DNA of 46,185 nucleotides. Source: a virus. Position numbers and translations under genes: made by a program. Under the pieces are notes generated by a model. It was not told the origin of the DNA. It did no database searches and worked only from the letters and a program-made list of their open reading frames with translations. Position 1 is the stretch's first letter, and each line of letters opens with the position of its first letter. Location of the stretch: the IMG/VR virus record IMGVR_UViG_3300045988_161343; one strand, written 5' to 3'. Positions 36,597 through 46,185 of the stretch are shown here, in pieces.

Positions 36597-36673
36597 GCGG
36601 GATTAGCTCAGCTGGTTAGAGCGTTTGGTTTACACCCAAGAGGTCATTGGTTCAAATCCAATATCCTGCACCA
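36597..36673 (+). tRNA. tRNA-Val (anticodon UAC)
   Basis: gcgggat ta gctc agctggttag agc g tttgg tttacac ccaag aggtc attgg ttcaaat ccaat atcctgc a cca. Preceded by a 13-bp hairpin at 36555-36595. Confidence 0.75.
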
Positions 36674-36726
36674 ATAAATTTGAAAATTTAAAAAAAATAT
36701 TATATAATAATAAAGGAGATATTTGA

Positions 36727-36900
36727 AATGGCAACTACTAAGAAACCTGCAATTAAAATGGATAGCACAGAGTTGAACGAGTATCTTCTGTTCCGCCGTC
36801 GTAGATCTATTGTTCCGGCCAAGAAAGGTAAGGGTATGGAATATGATAGGGCGAAAGAAAAAGAGAAATCTGAAAAAATGATTTCTGATGAATAAATCGG
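36727..36900 (+). CDS. Small basic protein, 57 aa, within the tRNA array
   Basis: Promoter variant + SD AAAGGAGA; MATTKKPAIKMDSTELNEYLLFRRRRSIVPAKKGKGMEYDRAKEKEKSEKMISDE. Below track cutoff. Confidence 0.4.
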
Positions 36901-36990
36901 GTGTCTCTTTTCGAGAATTTATATAACGCATACTAATAACTTTGGAGTTGCGTCCAACGGTCAGTGAGTAGTTTTCAGGCTGACATTTAT

Positions 36991-37066
36991 CGGGCTGTAG
37001 AGTAATTGGCTAATTCAGAAGCCTTTCACGCTTCAAACCTGGGTTCGAATCCCAGCAGCTCGACCA
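36991..37066 (+). tRNA. tRNA-Glu (anticodon UUC)
   Basis: cgggctg ta gagt aattggcta attc a gaagc ctttcac gcttc aaac ctggg ttcgaat cccag cagctcg a cca. Confidence 0.75.
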
Positions 37067-37074
37067 TATGGTGC

Positions 37075-37151
37075 TATAGTTCAGTTGGCTAGAATGTCGG
37101 ACTGTCTCTCCGAAGGTCAGGGGTTCGAGTCCCCTTAGCATCGCCACATGC
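37075..37151 (+). tRNA. tRNA-Asp (anticodon GUC)
   Basis: ggtgcta ta gttc agttggcta gaat g tcgga ctgtctc tccga aggtc agggg ttcgagt cccct tagcatc g cca. Confidence 0.75.
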
Positions 37152-37247
37152 TTTTTCCTATGTAAACAATTTTGAAACATAGAACTTGATGGAGCGTTCT
37201 ATTAGTCTGATGCCTGCATTAGATTAAGTTTTATAACCATCATATTT

Positions 37248-37321
37248 GGGGACATAGTTTATGGTAGGAAAACGTTGAATTTAATTCAAAATCGAGGGTG
37301 CAATTCCCTCTGGCTCCACCA
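37248..37321 (+). tRNA. Atypical tRNA. The anticodon arm folds either as 5 bp + 5-nt loop or 4 bp + 7-nt loop ATTTAAT (anticodon UUA, ochre-type); assignment unresolved
   Basis: ggggaca ta gttt atggtagg aaac g ttgaa tttaa ttcaa aatc gaggg tgcaatt ccctc tggctcc a cca. One A-G mismatch in the acceptor. Confidence 0.35.
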
Positions 37322-37446
37322 TTTATGAAAGACAATACAGCAATTATAAATTTGCTTTGGGAGCCGTGTGTTGTAGGTTCGAGTCCTACTGTCTGGTCGA
37401 AGATCGGATATAGCGTAATTGGTAGCGCAACGTATAAAAATTGTCT

Positions 37447-37519
37447 TGTTAATATTGCGGGATCGTCAAGTGGTTAAGACACCAGCCTCATAAACTGGTT
37501 ATCATGGGTTCGAATCCCA
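37447..37519 (+). tRNA. tRNA-Met/Ile2-type (anticodon CAU), no encoded CCA
   Basis: tgcggga tc gtc aagtggttaa gac a ccagc ctcataa actgg ttatc atggg ttcgaat cccac tcccgca a. 31-39 is a C-A mismatch. Confidence 0.6.
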
Positions 37520-37729
37520 CTCCCGCAAGAGATACATTAATCAAGCCTCCACGGGGCGTATCTTGGGTAATGCTAATTGATTAAATGAGTATAATTAATA
37601 ATGTTTTATGAAAAGCCCACACAGCAACTTTTAATAGGATAAATAAGAAATTCTGCAAAAATTTTTTAGAGTTGGTTCAAATCCAGCAAATGATTTTAGG
37701 GCTTTGTTAAAATTGTTAAGGAGAAAATA

Positions 37730-37915
37730 ATGAAGTTTAATCCAGGAGATAAGGTCTGGTGTAAGAGGTACGGTAAGGGTAAGTGCCGCAAGGCTGATAA
37801 TAAAGATAATTTTATGACTTATCTTTTCAGATTTTATGATGGCACTTTGATTTGGATGCCGAAACATCTGGCTGAACATTTTGTAAGAGTTCGTTCCACC
37901 GAGGCCACGGTGTGA
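37730..37915 (+). CDS. Small basic protein, 61 aa
   Basis: ORF track; SD TAAGGAGAAAATA ATG. Confidence 0.45.
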   Translation: MKFNPGDKVWCKRYGKGKCRKADNKDNFMTYLFRFYDGTLIWMPKHLAEHFVRVRSTEATV

Positions 37916-38064
37916 ATATAAAGTCCGGTTATAGGAAATCCTGTCATTAGGCGGCAGGCTACCGGTAATCCTTTCTTATATATTTAAATATGTAAGGAAC
38001 AAAAACTATACAATAGATAGAGTTTTTACGCCTTGGCGCAATGCTTGTTTTTTACTATCTATTT

Positions 38065-38165
38065 TTCTATATCTGTTGGGTTGGCTGAGAGGTCGATAGC
38101 GGCTGCCTGCTAAGCAGTTGTCCCTGGAAACGGGGACCAAAGGTTCAAATCCTTTACCCAACGCC
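38065..38165 (+). tRNA. tRNA-Ser (anticodon GCU), class II with long variable arm
   Basis: gttgggt tg gct gagaggtcgat agc g gctgc ctgctaa gcagt tgtccctggaaacggggacc aaagg ttcaaat ccttt acccaac g cca. Confidence 0.75.
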
Positions 38166-38171
38166 ATTATA

Positions 38172-38256
38172 TGTAGGAGTGCCAGAGTGGTCGATTGGGT
38201 TAGTCTCCAAAACTAATTGTAGCTACACGTCCAGGGTTCGAATCCCTTGCTCCTAT
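38172..38256 (+). tRNA. tRNA with anticodon CCA (Trp-type) but an unusually long, 15-nt variable region and a possible 8-bp acceptor stem
   Basis: gtaggag(t) gc ccag agtggtcga ttgg g ttagt ctccaaa actaa ttgtagctacacgtc caggg ttcgaat ccctt gctcctat g. Confidence 0.45.
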
Positions 38257-38659
38257 GCGTTATCAAGTAAGAGCCTTCCCGTGGCGATGATGTTTAAACT
38301 AATCTTACATTAACATACCCCTACTTTCGTATAATACGGTTAAACCTTGTCGAGGGCAAAGACAACAAGGTATTCCTTTCCGCCCCTCATATATTAAGAC
38401 TCATTTTCAGCAAACTTTTGCCTACAAAGGCTCTACAATACTTACTTATCAAATAATAGATGAAAAAGTATAATAAAGAAAATAAAGTATATTTTGAAAA
38501 GTTTTTTCTTTTTAGCTGGTTTAGTAAGCTAAATTCCGCGTTTTTATTTTGGCTTTTCAATGAGTCTTGTTTTTAAAATAATTGGTATCGCTAAGCTTCA
38601 TGGTAATTGTGGCGTATTTAAATCATAGATAGTTAAGGGTCTATAGCCAATTATGATAT

Positions 38660-38748
38660 GCGGAATTAACTTGCCCGGCGGTAAGCCTTGTCTTGAAAAC
38701 AAGTGGTCCTGTGATAGGGATGGGGATCGACACCTCAGTTCCGCGCCA
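38660..38748 (+). tRNA. tRNA-Ser (anticodon UGA), class II, atypical T-loop
   Basis: gcggaat ta a cttg cccggcgg taag c cttgt cttgaaa acaag tggtcctgtgatagggatg gggg... gttccgc g cca. Overlaps spurious track ORF 38653-38901. Confidence 0.5.
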
Positions 38749-38788
38749 CTCGTTTCAAATTCGTTCATTGCATTTCATCCTTTCTATA

Positions 38789-38830
38789 AAGATGGACTGA
38801 TTAGATTAATCAATCCATCTTTTTTTTTAT
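38789..38830 (+). terminator. Rho-independent terminator closing the tRNA array
   Basis: aagatgga-ctgattagattaatcaa-tccatct followed by TTTTTTTTT. Confidence 0.65.
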
Positions 38831-38980
38831 ATATTTTAAAGACAGTAGGTTATAGATTGCTCGGGCCGGCTTGGACCATTAAAACCGAATGCTTAAATTA
38901 AAATTCCATTTAAGAAATTTTCGGTCCAACAGGTATAGAGCAATATAAAATAATTTTAAATATGAAAGGAGAAGGACAAT

Positions 38981-39094
38981 ATGAAAATGTTTATTCTTTC
39001 ATATAAGGGCGGCAAAGATGGCGGCGATATTGACAAAGAAGATACTTCCAAGTCAACAGGCGGCTGGGATGGCGGCTCTATAGATGATGATTAA
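38981..39094 (+). CDS. Small Gly/Asp-rich protein, 37 aa, first gene of the late block
   Basis: SD AAAGGAGAAGG; MKMFILSYKGGKDGGDIDKEDTSKSTGGWDGGSIDDD. Confidence 0.35.
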   Translation: MKMFILSYKGGKDGGDIDKEDTSKSTGGWDGGSIDDD

Positions 39095-39111
39095 AGAAAG
39101 GAGAACACGAG

Positions 39112-40185
39112 ATGGCTGAAATTATTAAATTAAGACGCGGTAAATCAACTAGTTGGTCTAAAAAGAATATAGTCCTGGCAGCTGGTGAAATCGGCGTAGA
39201 ACTTGATACACATTAGATTAAAGTCGGCGATGGTTCAACCCCTTGGAATGAACTATCTTATGTAGGCGGAACTAAAGTTGTTAATGTTCAAGAATACACT
39301 GATAATCCAGCAGTTGTAGATGACGTGCCTTATCAATCTATTGATGTAGCATTTGTGAAGGCTCCAGCAGGAAGTACAATTCGTCTTAATGCTAACTTTG
39401 ATAACAGTGTTTCTATTGATAAAGCATTGACTATTGAATTAAATGGTAATGATATTATCAATAATGAAAAAACTCCAATAGATATCAAAGCAAATGGCGA
39501 TTTAACTATTAAGGGCCAAGGCACTATTGAATGTAATAAGAATGAAAATGCCGCAGTTTTTAATAATGGTAATATTACTATTAATAATGGTAAATTACAA
39601 CGTACCACTGATGTATCAGGCAATGGCTATTATACTGCTGTTAATCATGGTACTATGACAATCAATGGTGGCATGTTTATGAGTGGTGGCGAATTTTCTA
39701 GCATGATTGAAAATGGCTATTGGGATTATCACGCTGGTAATACTACTAATGGCTATGTTCAAGGCCAAAATGCTGAAATGCCTACATTAACTATTAATGA
39801 TGGTACATTCGCTGGTGGTTTATATGCTATAAAAAATGATGATAATGCTGTTTTAAATATTAATGGCGGCACATTCTATAATACTATTCTTGCTAATGGT
39901 AAGTCAATAACTATCACTGATGGGTATTTTGAAAATAGTAAGCCAAGTCAAGGCGAATATAATTTTTATCTTCGTAAATTAAGTGAAGATTTAAATCCTC
40001 AAAATACATATATTAGTGGCGGTACATTTATTACTGCACAAGATAAGAATTTCAAAGTTGAGGGCGATCCTCATATTGAAATTAGCGGTGGCCGTTTTAA
40101 TAGAGAATTAGATCCTTCTTATCTAGCTCCTGGCTATAGACAAGTACTTGTCAATGGCTTCTATACTGTCTAGAAGGAGGAATAA
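39112..40185 (+). CDS. Tail spike / fibre protein with conserved N-terminal anchor domain and a parallel beta-helix (pectate-lyase-like) repeat region, 357 aa, one in-frame TAG
   Basis: MAEIIKLRRGKSTSWSKKN...ELDTH(TAG)IKVGDGSTPWNEL is paralogous to the N-termini of 40189, 40727 and 44704. Repeats INGGMF, INDGTF, INGGTFY, ISGGTF, ISGGRF. Track starts at 39325 (GTG) after the TAG. Confidence 0.6.
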
Positions 40186-40188
40186 TCT

Positions 40189-40704
40189 ATGGCTGATATC
40201 ATCAAGTTCAAAAGAGGTCGATCAACTACATGGCGTGAAAAGAACTTATTGCTTAAGGATGGCGAGCCTGGATTTGAATTAGATACTCATAAACTGAAAA
40301 TTGGTGATGGTAAAACCTTATGGAATGATTTACCATATATCGGTGGCGAAAGTGGTACAATTGATCTTCCTGATAATGTAATGGAATTTTTAGGCACAGT
40401 TGATGCACTTCCAGCTACTGCTGAAGATGGAGAAATGTGTATTTATGATGGTAAATTATATATTTACGATGGTAAATGGACAACTACAGAAACTTCTTCT
40501 TCAGCACAAAATTCTTTCAATTCTTTAGTAGATGCAATTAACTATATTACTTAGCATAATTGTGTTGGTCAAATTGTATCTATTTTTTAGAATAATAAAT
40601 GGTTGCCTTATATTGTAGATGTAAATAATAATCTTGTACCTATTCAATATGGAGAAGATCATTATGATATTCTTAATGGCGGCAACGCAAATACTCTTAA
40701 TTAA
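40189..40704 (+). CDS. Tail fibre paralog with the same N-terminal domain, 171 aa, two in-frame TAGs
   Basis: MADIIKFKRGRSTTWREKN...ELDTHKLKIGDGKTLWNDL. Continues through TAG at 40552 and 40588 to TAA at 40702-40704. Confidence 0.55.
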
Positions 40705-40726
40705 TTTTATAGGAGGAAAATAATTT

Positions 40727-41950
40727 ATGGCTGAAAATATTCTTAATACTCGCATTCAAGTATTAAATGATACGGCTGAAGCTCTTAAAGCAAAAGGTAG
40801 TGCAGTCCCAAAAGCTGGTGAAATTGTTTACGAGAACGATACTCGTAAAATGAAAATCGGTGATGGTACTACTACTCTTGAAAACTTAAAATATTTTGGT
40901 GGCGAAGCCGCTCAAAATTTTGAAGCTATTCCAACAGGTGAAGAAACTGACGTTCAGGCTATTACTCGTATTGTAGCTTCTGCAGAACTTCACAATGGCG
41001 ATACTGCTATTGTAAAGCGTGTTATTACTGGCGATAAGACTTCTTATACTGCTTACGTATATGACGGTGAATGGAAAGCTATGGATGGCAATTATCGTGC
41101 TGATAATGTTTATTTTGATGATGACATTACTTATACTGTTGCTATTGGCACTTTAGCTAAACCATCTGGTTCTGCTAAATTTGCAGCTAAAGGTAAGAGC
41201 GTTGAACAGGTCCTTTCTACCTTAATGGCCAAGGAAGCTAATCCTTCTAAGTCTGATCCTGCTGTTAGTTTCAGCTCTACTAGCGGACTTGGTACATTTG
41301 AAATTGGCACGAAGAAGAATTTAACATATACAGCAGCTCTATCTGCTGGTAGTTATACTTATGGTCCAGCTACTGGTATTACAGCTCAGAGTTGGAGTGT
41401 AAAATGCACTGGTGTTGAAGATGTCCTTGCTACTGCTACTGGTTCTTTCGATAATGTTGTTGCTGAAGCAACAGCTAAAAAAATTACTGCAACCGCAACT
41501 TATGGCGACGGCACTATTCCTAAGACCAATCTAGGTAATTCTTATCCTGCTAGCCAGATTAAGGCAGGCTCAGCATCTAAAGATAGCAATGTCCTTTAGG
41601 GTGTCCGTCATATGTTCTATGGTCCTATAACTACTGATGCAGCTCTTGATAGTACTACTATTCGTGGATTAAAACATGAAGCTGCTAGTAAAAAGCCTAT
41701 TACTACATTTGGTGCAGGTGCTGGAGCAAAGAAAGTTGTTATTGCTTGTCCTGCTGGATATAATGTAAGTAAGGTTCTTATGCCTAGTGCTATGAATGCT
41801 GATGCTACTGCTAATTTTGTAAAGCAAGCTGGTACTGTTAATGTTGAGGGCGCTGAAGGATATACTGCAGCTCCTTATACTGTTTGGGTATATTAGCCTG
41901 CTGCAATTGATAGTACTGAAACTTATGCTGTCACAATTGGTTAATTTATA
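40727..41950 (+). CDS. Tail fibre protein, 407 aa, two in-frame TAGs (joins track ORFs 40727 and 41612)
   Basis: N-terminal ...GEIVYENDTRKMKIGDGTTTLENL domain; same frame through TAG 41597 and TAG 41894 to TAA 41948-41950. Confidence 0.55.
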
Positions 41951-41968
41951 AAGGAGGAATAATATAAT

Positions 41969-44668
41969 ATGGCTACTATTTTAAAAGATGCTGCCTATAT
42001 GGCTCTTCCTATGAATATCAAGCGTGGTAATCCTATCCCTCTTGATACTACTGCTGTATGGTACGATAAAACTGAACTAAATAAGTATGCAGCTTCTGGT
42101 GCTACTGCATATGTTGGTCAGATTCTAACATTATGCGCCGATAATAAGTGCGAAGCTTATATGATTTCTAATGAAGCTGGTACATTAATTAAACTAGCTT
42201 CTACAACTACCTCTGGTGACCTTGCTGGCGATGTTGCTACTCTACAAGGTCAAGTTACAAATCTTATTTCTAAGGTTGGTAAAGCAGCTGATGGTGAAGT
42301 CGCAGCTACTGGTCTATATAAAGAAATTGCTAATGTTCTAGCTATTGCTAATGGCAAGGTTGCTTCTGTTAAGGCAGCTGATAAGTCCATTATGGTTGGT
42401 GGCAATGCTACTGAGCCTACTGTTAAGGTAGCTATTGCATCTGGTGAGGATAATGCTCTTTCACTTGCAGCTGATGGTCTGAAGGTTGTTATTCCTGAAG
42501 TGACAGTGCCTGAATATAGCATGAAGAAGCTGGATGCCGCTACTGAGGGCATGTCCGCATCTTATCAGCTAACTAAGGATGGCACAGCTATTGGTGCAGT
42601 TATCGACATTCCAAAAGACATGGTTGTTAAGTCTGGTTCTGTTCAGACATTTGCAGCTGGTGAAGTACCCGCTGGTGTTACTGAGGCTGGTACATATATT
42701 GTATTAGTTCTAGCTAATACTACTAATGATAAATTATATATTAGAGTCAATGATTTAATTGAATATGTCACCTCTGGTTCTGCTGCAGATGATATGGTAT
42801 TCATCAATATTGATCCTAAGACTCATAAGGTAACAGCAAAAATTACTGACGGTAGCATCACTGAAGCTAAACTAGCAAAAGCTGTTACCGATAAGCTCGC
42901 TTTAGCTTCTTCTGCTATTCAGAAGGTCGAATCTGGTACTGCTAATGGCACTATTGCTGTTGATGGTACTGATATTGCTGTCACTGGACTAAAGAGTGCT
43001 GCATATACCGATTCCACTGCTTATGATACTGCTGGTACTGCGGCTGGCATAAAGACAGCTCTTGAAGGTGCTGATGCTGATAAGGCTGATGCTCTTACCA
43101 TTAAGGGTGCTAAGAAATATGCTGAGGAAAAAGCAACTGCAGCTCAGAGTGCTGCTGAAACAACTGCAAAGGGTTATATTGATAAACTAAAACTAGATGA
43201 CGCAGCGGTTGCTAAACAGCTCGTTTCTGCCGTTACGCAGACCAATGGTCAAATTGCAGTTATTCGCCGTGAATTAGTTGCTGATGATATTCCTACTCTT
43301 GGTATTTCTAAGATTGATGGTCTTCAGACCGCCCTTAAAGGTAAACAAGATACAGTAACCTTTGATGGTAAATACGATGCTGGCGTTAATAAGGCTGCTA
43401 CTGTATCTACGGTAAATACTGCTGTTGATCATTTAATTCACACTCTTGGTGGAGAAGATAATCAGACTGAAATTGATACTGTAGATAGTAAAACTATTCG
43501 TGGTGCTAAACTTTATGCTGATGAAGTCGGTAAGACTACTCTTGGTTAGGCTAAAACTTATGCTGATAGCTTAGTCGGTGATAGTTCTGCTATTGCTGGT
43601 CGTGTAACTATTCTTGAAGGCAAAGTTGATGTAGCAAAGGTTAGTACTGCTATCTCTACTGCTAAGAATGAGGCTATTGAGGCCGCAGCAACAGATGCCG
43701 CATCTAAGGATACTGCTTTAAAGGTTGAGATCCTTGGAGACGGATATACTGGTACTGTAAAGGAAGCTTATGACCTTGCTAATAAGAAAACTACTATGAC
43801 TGAGGTTGAAGCTAAGGGCTATGCTGTTAAGACTGAAGTTGATGCAGCTGTTGCTGATGCAAAGCAAGCTGGCACTGATGCTCAGACTTCTGTTGATACA
43901 TTAAGCGGTAAAGTTGGTACTATTCCAGTAGGCGCTAAAGCTACTACTGTTATTGGTTATGTAGATGAAAAAATTGCGGCTATTCCTTCACAGGTTAATT
44001 ATACCGTTACTGCTGATGTTAGTAGTCCTACTGGCATTGCCAAACGTTATGTCCTTAGCCAGAATGGTAGTGATATTGTAACCATTGATATCCCCAAAGA
44101 TATGGTGGTCAGCTCTGGTACTGTTGAAACTAAGGCTGATGCCGGTGTCTGGGGTGTTGCAGGTACTTATCTAGTTCTTACTCTAGCTAATGAAACCTCT
44201 GACAAGGTATATATCAATGTTGGCGACCTTATTGAATATGTAACTAGCGGCTCTTAGGCTGGCGATATGGTCGAAATCAAGATTGATGCCGAGCATAAGG
44301 TCACTGCCGTTATCAATGATGGTACGATTACAAAGGCAAAGCTAGCTTAGGCTGTACAAGATAGCCTAGATAAAGCTGATACAGCACTATAGGCTGCCGA
44401 TCTTGCACCATATGCAAAGACTGCTGATATTAAAGCTGGCTATGTTGCAAAAGAAGATGGCAAACAGCTAATGACCGCTGCTGAAAGCACTAAATTGGCC
44501 GGTATTGCTGCTAATGCACAGGTCAACGTGATTGAAGTCATTAAGATTGGCGGCACTGCTCTTGAAATTGCTGATAAAGCTGTTAATATTGAAGCAATCA
44601 GTACTGATCTATTAACTCAAGGTGCTAAAACTCTTATTCTCAATGGTGGCACCGCTGCTTCTCTTTGA
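41969..44668 (+). CDS. Large tail fibre protein, 899 aa, with internal sequence repeats and four in-frame TAGs (joins track ORFs 41969, 43796 and 44471)
   Basis: Single frame verified codon by codon across TAG 43547, 44255, 44348 and 44391 to TGA 44666-44668. Repeat GTYIVLVLANTTNDKLYIRVNDLIEYVTSGSAADDMVFINID / GTYLVLTLANETSDKVYINVGDLIEYVTSGS(TAG)AGDMVEIKID. Confidence 0.6.
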
Positions 44669-44703
44669 TATATATACTAGGGAGAGAGAAAGGGGAATAA
44701 AGA

Positions 44704-45045
44704 ATGGCTCAAAAAGAATTTAATACACGAATTAAATTAAAGTATGATACTTTAGATAAATGGTTAAAGAATACATCAGTTGTACTGCTTAAAGGCGAAA
44801 TTGGCTTATGCTATGTGCCGGCGATTACATCTGGTACAACGACCACAGCTCCTACTGTACTATTTAAAGTTGGTGATGGTACAACCACATGGGAAAAACT
44901 ACCTTGGGGTGCAGGGCTTGGAGCAGATGTCCCGGCATGGGCTAAGGCACCTGCAAAGCCATCTTATACCCTTGATGAAATAGGTGCTAATCCTGATACC
45001 AACTATGTAATTTTCGATTGTGGTTCTTCTACTATAAATATATAA
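44704..45045 (+). CDS. Tail fibre paralog (N-terminal anchor domain only), 113 aa
   Basis: MAQKEFNTRIKLKYDTLDKWLKNTSVVLLKGEIG...FKVGDGTTTWEKL. Confidence 0.55.
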   Translation: MAQKEFNTRIKLKYDTLDKWLKNTSVVLLKGEIGLCYVPAITSGTTTTAPTVLFKVGDGTTTWEKLPWGAGLGADVPAWAKAPAKPSYTLDEIGANPDTNYVIFDCGSSTINI

Positions 45046-45049
45046 GAAT

Positions 45050-45081
45050 AAAGACTCCATTTTGGAGTCTTTATTTTTTTT
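45050..45081 (+). terminator. Rho-independent terminator
   Basis: aaagactcc-atttt-ggagtcttt followed by ATTTTTTTTT. Confidence 0.65.
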
Positions 45082-45163
45082 TACCTGGACTAATTTTATT
45101 AATTTAATATTTTTATTTTTTATATAAATTTAGAATAAGAAACATTGAAAGGAGGAACTTTCA

Positions 45164-46185
45164 TTGGCAGATAAACAATTAAAATCATCATAGTTTCCTA
45201 ATATAAGTGATAAATATGTCGTTAAATTAACAGTAGAAGAATTACAAAATTTATTATCTGATATTAGACTTAATGGCGGAATAGCTTATTAGAAAGATAT
45301 AGTTACAAGCTACAATGATTTAAATGATAAACCTAAGATTTTAACAGAAAAAAATTTATCTGAAGAAGTAAATAATAAATTTGTAGAACTAAAATGTGTA
45401 ACATTAGATGATTTAAAAAATCATACTAAAATGTTAGAAGCAAAATTTAATGGTAATGAAGAAAATGATTTAAGTGAAACCTGGATTATTCATAAAGCCC
45501 CATCTTTCTATTTTAAAAGTAATATTGAATTTGTTTCTAATGGAATAACTTATTCTTCTATAGAATATAAAAAAAATACTTAGCCCAAGAAAGATGGTAT
45601 TATTCTTGAAGATATGTTATATTATGATACCACTTGTGTTGGTCATAGTCCTCAAGATAATTCTGCTATTAATTACAAAGAAATATCTTGGGAAAATTAG
45701 GCTTATAATATAATTAAATTTACCAAAGAAAAGCCAACAGGTGATTTATTAAGATGGTTACAAGAAGATGGAACAATTAAAGGACCTAATACATTTCAAG
45801 GATTATTTAATTATGTAAATAATTAGGATAATGAAACTTTAAAAAAGGCTAAAACGTATATAAATGATGTCATGAATAATTATCATGCTCCAATAGCTAG
45901 TGAAAATACATTAGGTATAGTTATGGGCGGCGGAACTGGTATCGGTATTGATGAAAATGGTAGATTATATGCAACAGGAGAAATTATAGCTGATGCAAAT
46001 ATCTTATGGTCTAAGATAGTAGAAAAACCTACTACTTTAGAAGCAATCAGCAAAGATGCAATGTGTCGAGCTATTATAAATAGTTTACCATCTAGTAGTT
46101 AGTCAGGTAATTATGCTGATTTATTAAATAAACCAGATTTATCTAAATATGCTTTAAAAACAGATATATCTGAATATACATTACC
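45164..46185 (+). CDS. Late structural protein, 3'-truncated by the window end, at least 340 aa with at least 6 in-frame TAGs
   Basis: SD AAAGGAGG 8 nt before TTG at 45164. The frame is free of TAA and TGA to the window end and is the same frame as track ORF 45872-46102. Confidence 0.45.

Noticed and set aside
37248-37321. Ochre (UAA) suppressor tRNA with anticodon UUA
   Set aside because: The 7-nt-loop fold needs a G-A mismatch at the stem end, and a 5-nt-loop fold is more stable. TAA is demonstrably used as the terminator of most genes, so the call is kept only as an open alternative.
38172-38256. Possible selenocysteine tRNA (8-bp acceptor, long variable region)
   Set aside because: The anticodon is CCA not UCA, and the D-arm cannot form the 6-bp/4-nt Sec configuration. 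No SelB or SECIS context is evident.
38653-38901. Track ORF 38653-38901
   Set aside because: Overlaps the class-II tRNA-Ser(UGA) and the array terminator; no SD.
1-46185. CRISPR arrays or integrase/att signatures
   Set aside because: No regularly spaced direct repeats with unique spacers were seen. The repeat sets at 1-95 and 840-1135 are irregular or inverted and lack a cas context. No tyrosine or serine recombinase motif was recognised in the window.

Overview
This 46 kb window is AT-rich (about one-third GC) and reads like a large phage genome fragment, mostly a dense plus-strand gene array. The central observation is that TAG is a sense codon, most likely Gln. The metK homolog carries an in-frame TAG where MetK proteins have the Q of HPDKIADQISDA. 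More than 20 genes on both strands are only intact if TAG is read through. TAA and TGA still end genes, and are followed by terminator hairpins and a repeated ~50-bp promoter element. The supplied ORF track, which uses standard stops, therefore fragments or misses many genes; I have re-joined them in the features below.

Main content, left to right:
- 1-2000: a leftward module with an RHH regulator, an HTH protein, a GIY-YIG nuclease and a GGGACAT repeat array.
- 2.2-31 kb: rightward early genes. These include an Rnl2/Rnl5-like RNA ligase fused to a tRNA-binding OB domain, a Pnk-like P-loop kinase, a metallophosphoesterase, a Pol-beta-type nucleotidyltransferase, MetK, a chorismate-mutase-like protein, an HslV-like peptidase, and several paralog families.
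- 31.4-33.6 kb: a RiPP-like cluster with a radical-SAM/SPASM enzyme followed by a precursor-like peptide carrying about 27 tandem C-x3-C repeats.
- 34.3-38.8 kb: a tRNA array of at least 15 genes. Two tRNAs carry 60-75 nt tRNA-like insertions in the anticodon loop, and two promoter-driven tRNA-like units are flanked by inverted repeats (one looks circularly permuted, one has a 6-nt anticodon loop).
- 38.98-46.2 kb: a late tail-fibre/spike block whose genes need TAG read-through.

I could not identify a CUA-anticodon suppressor tRNA in this window. All coordinates and folds are hand-derived and need computational confirmation.
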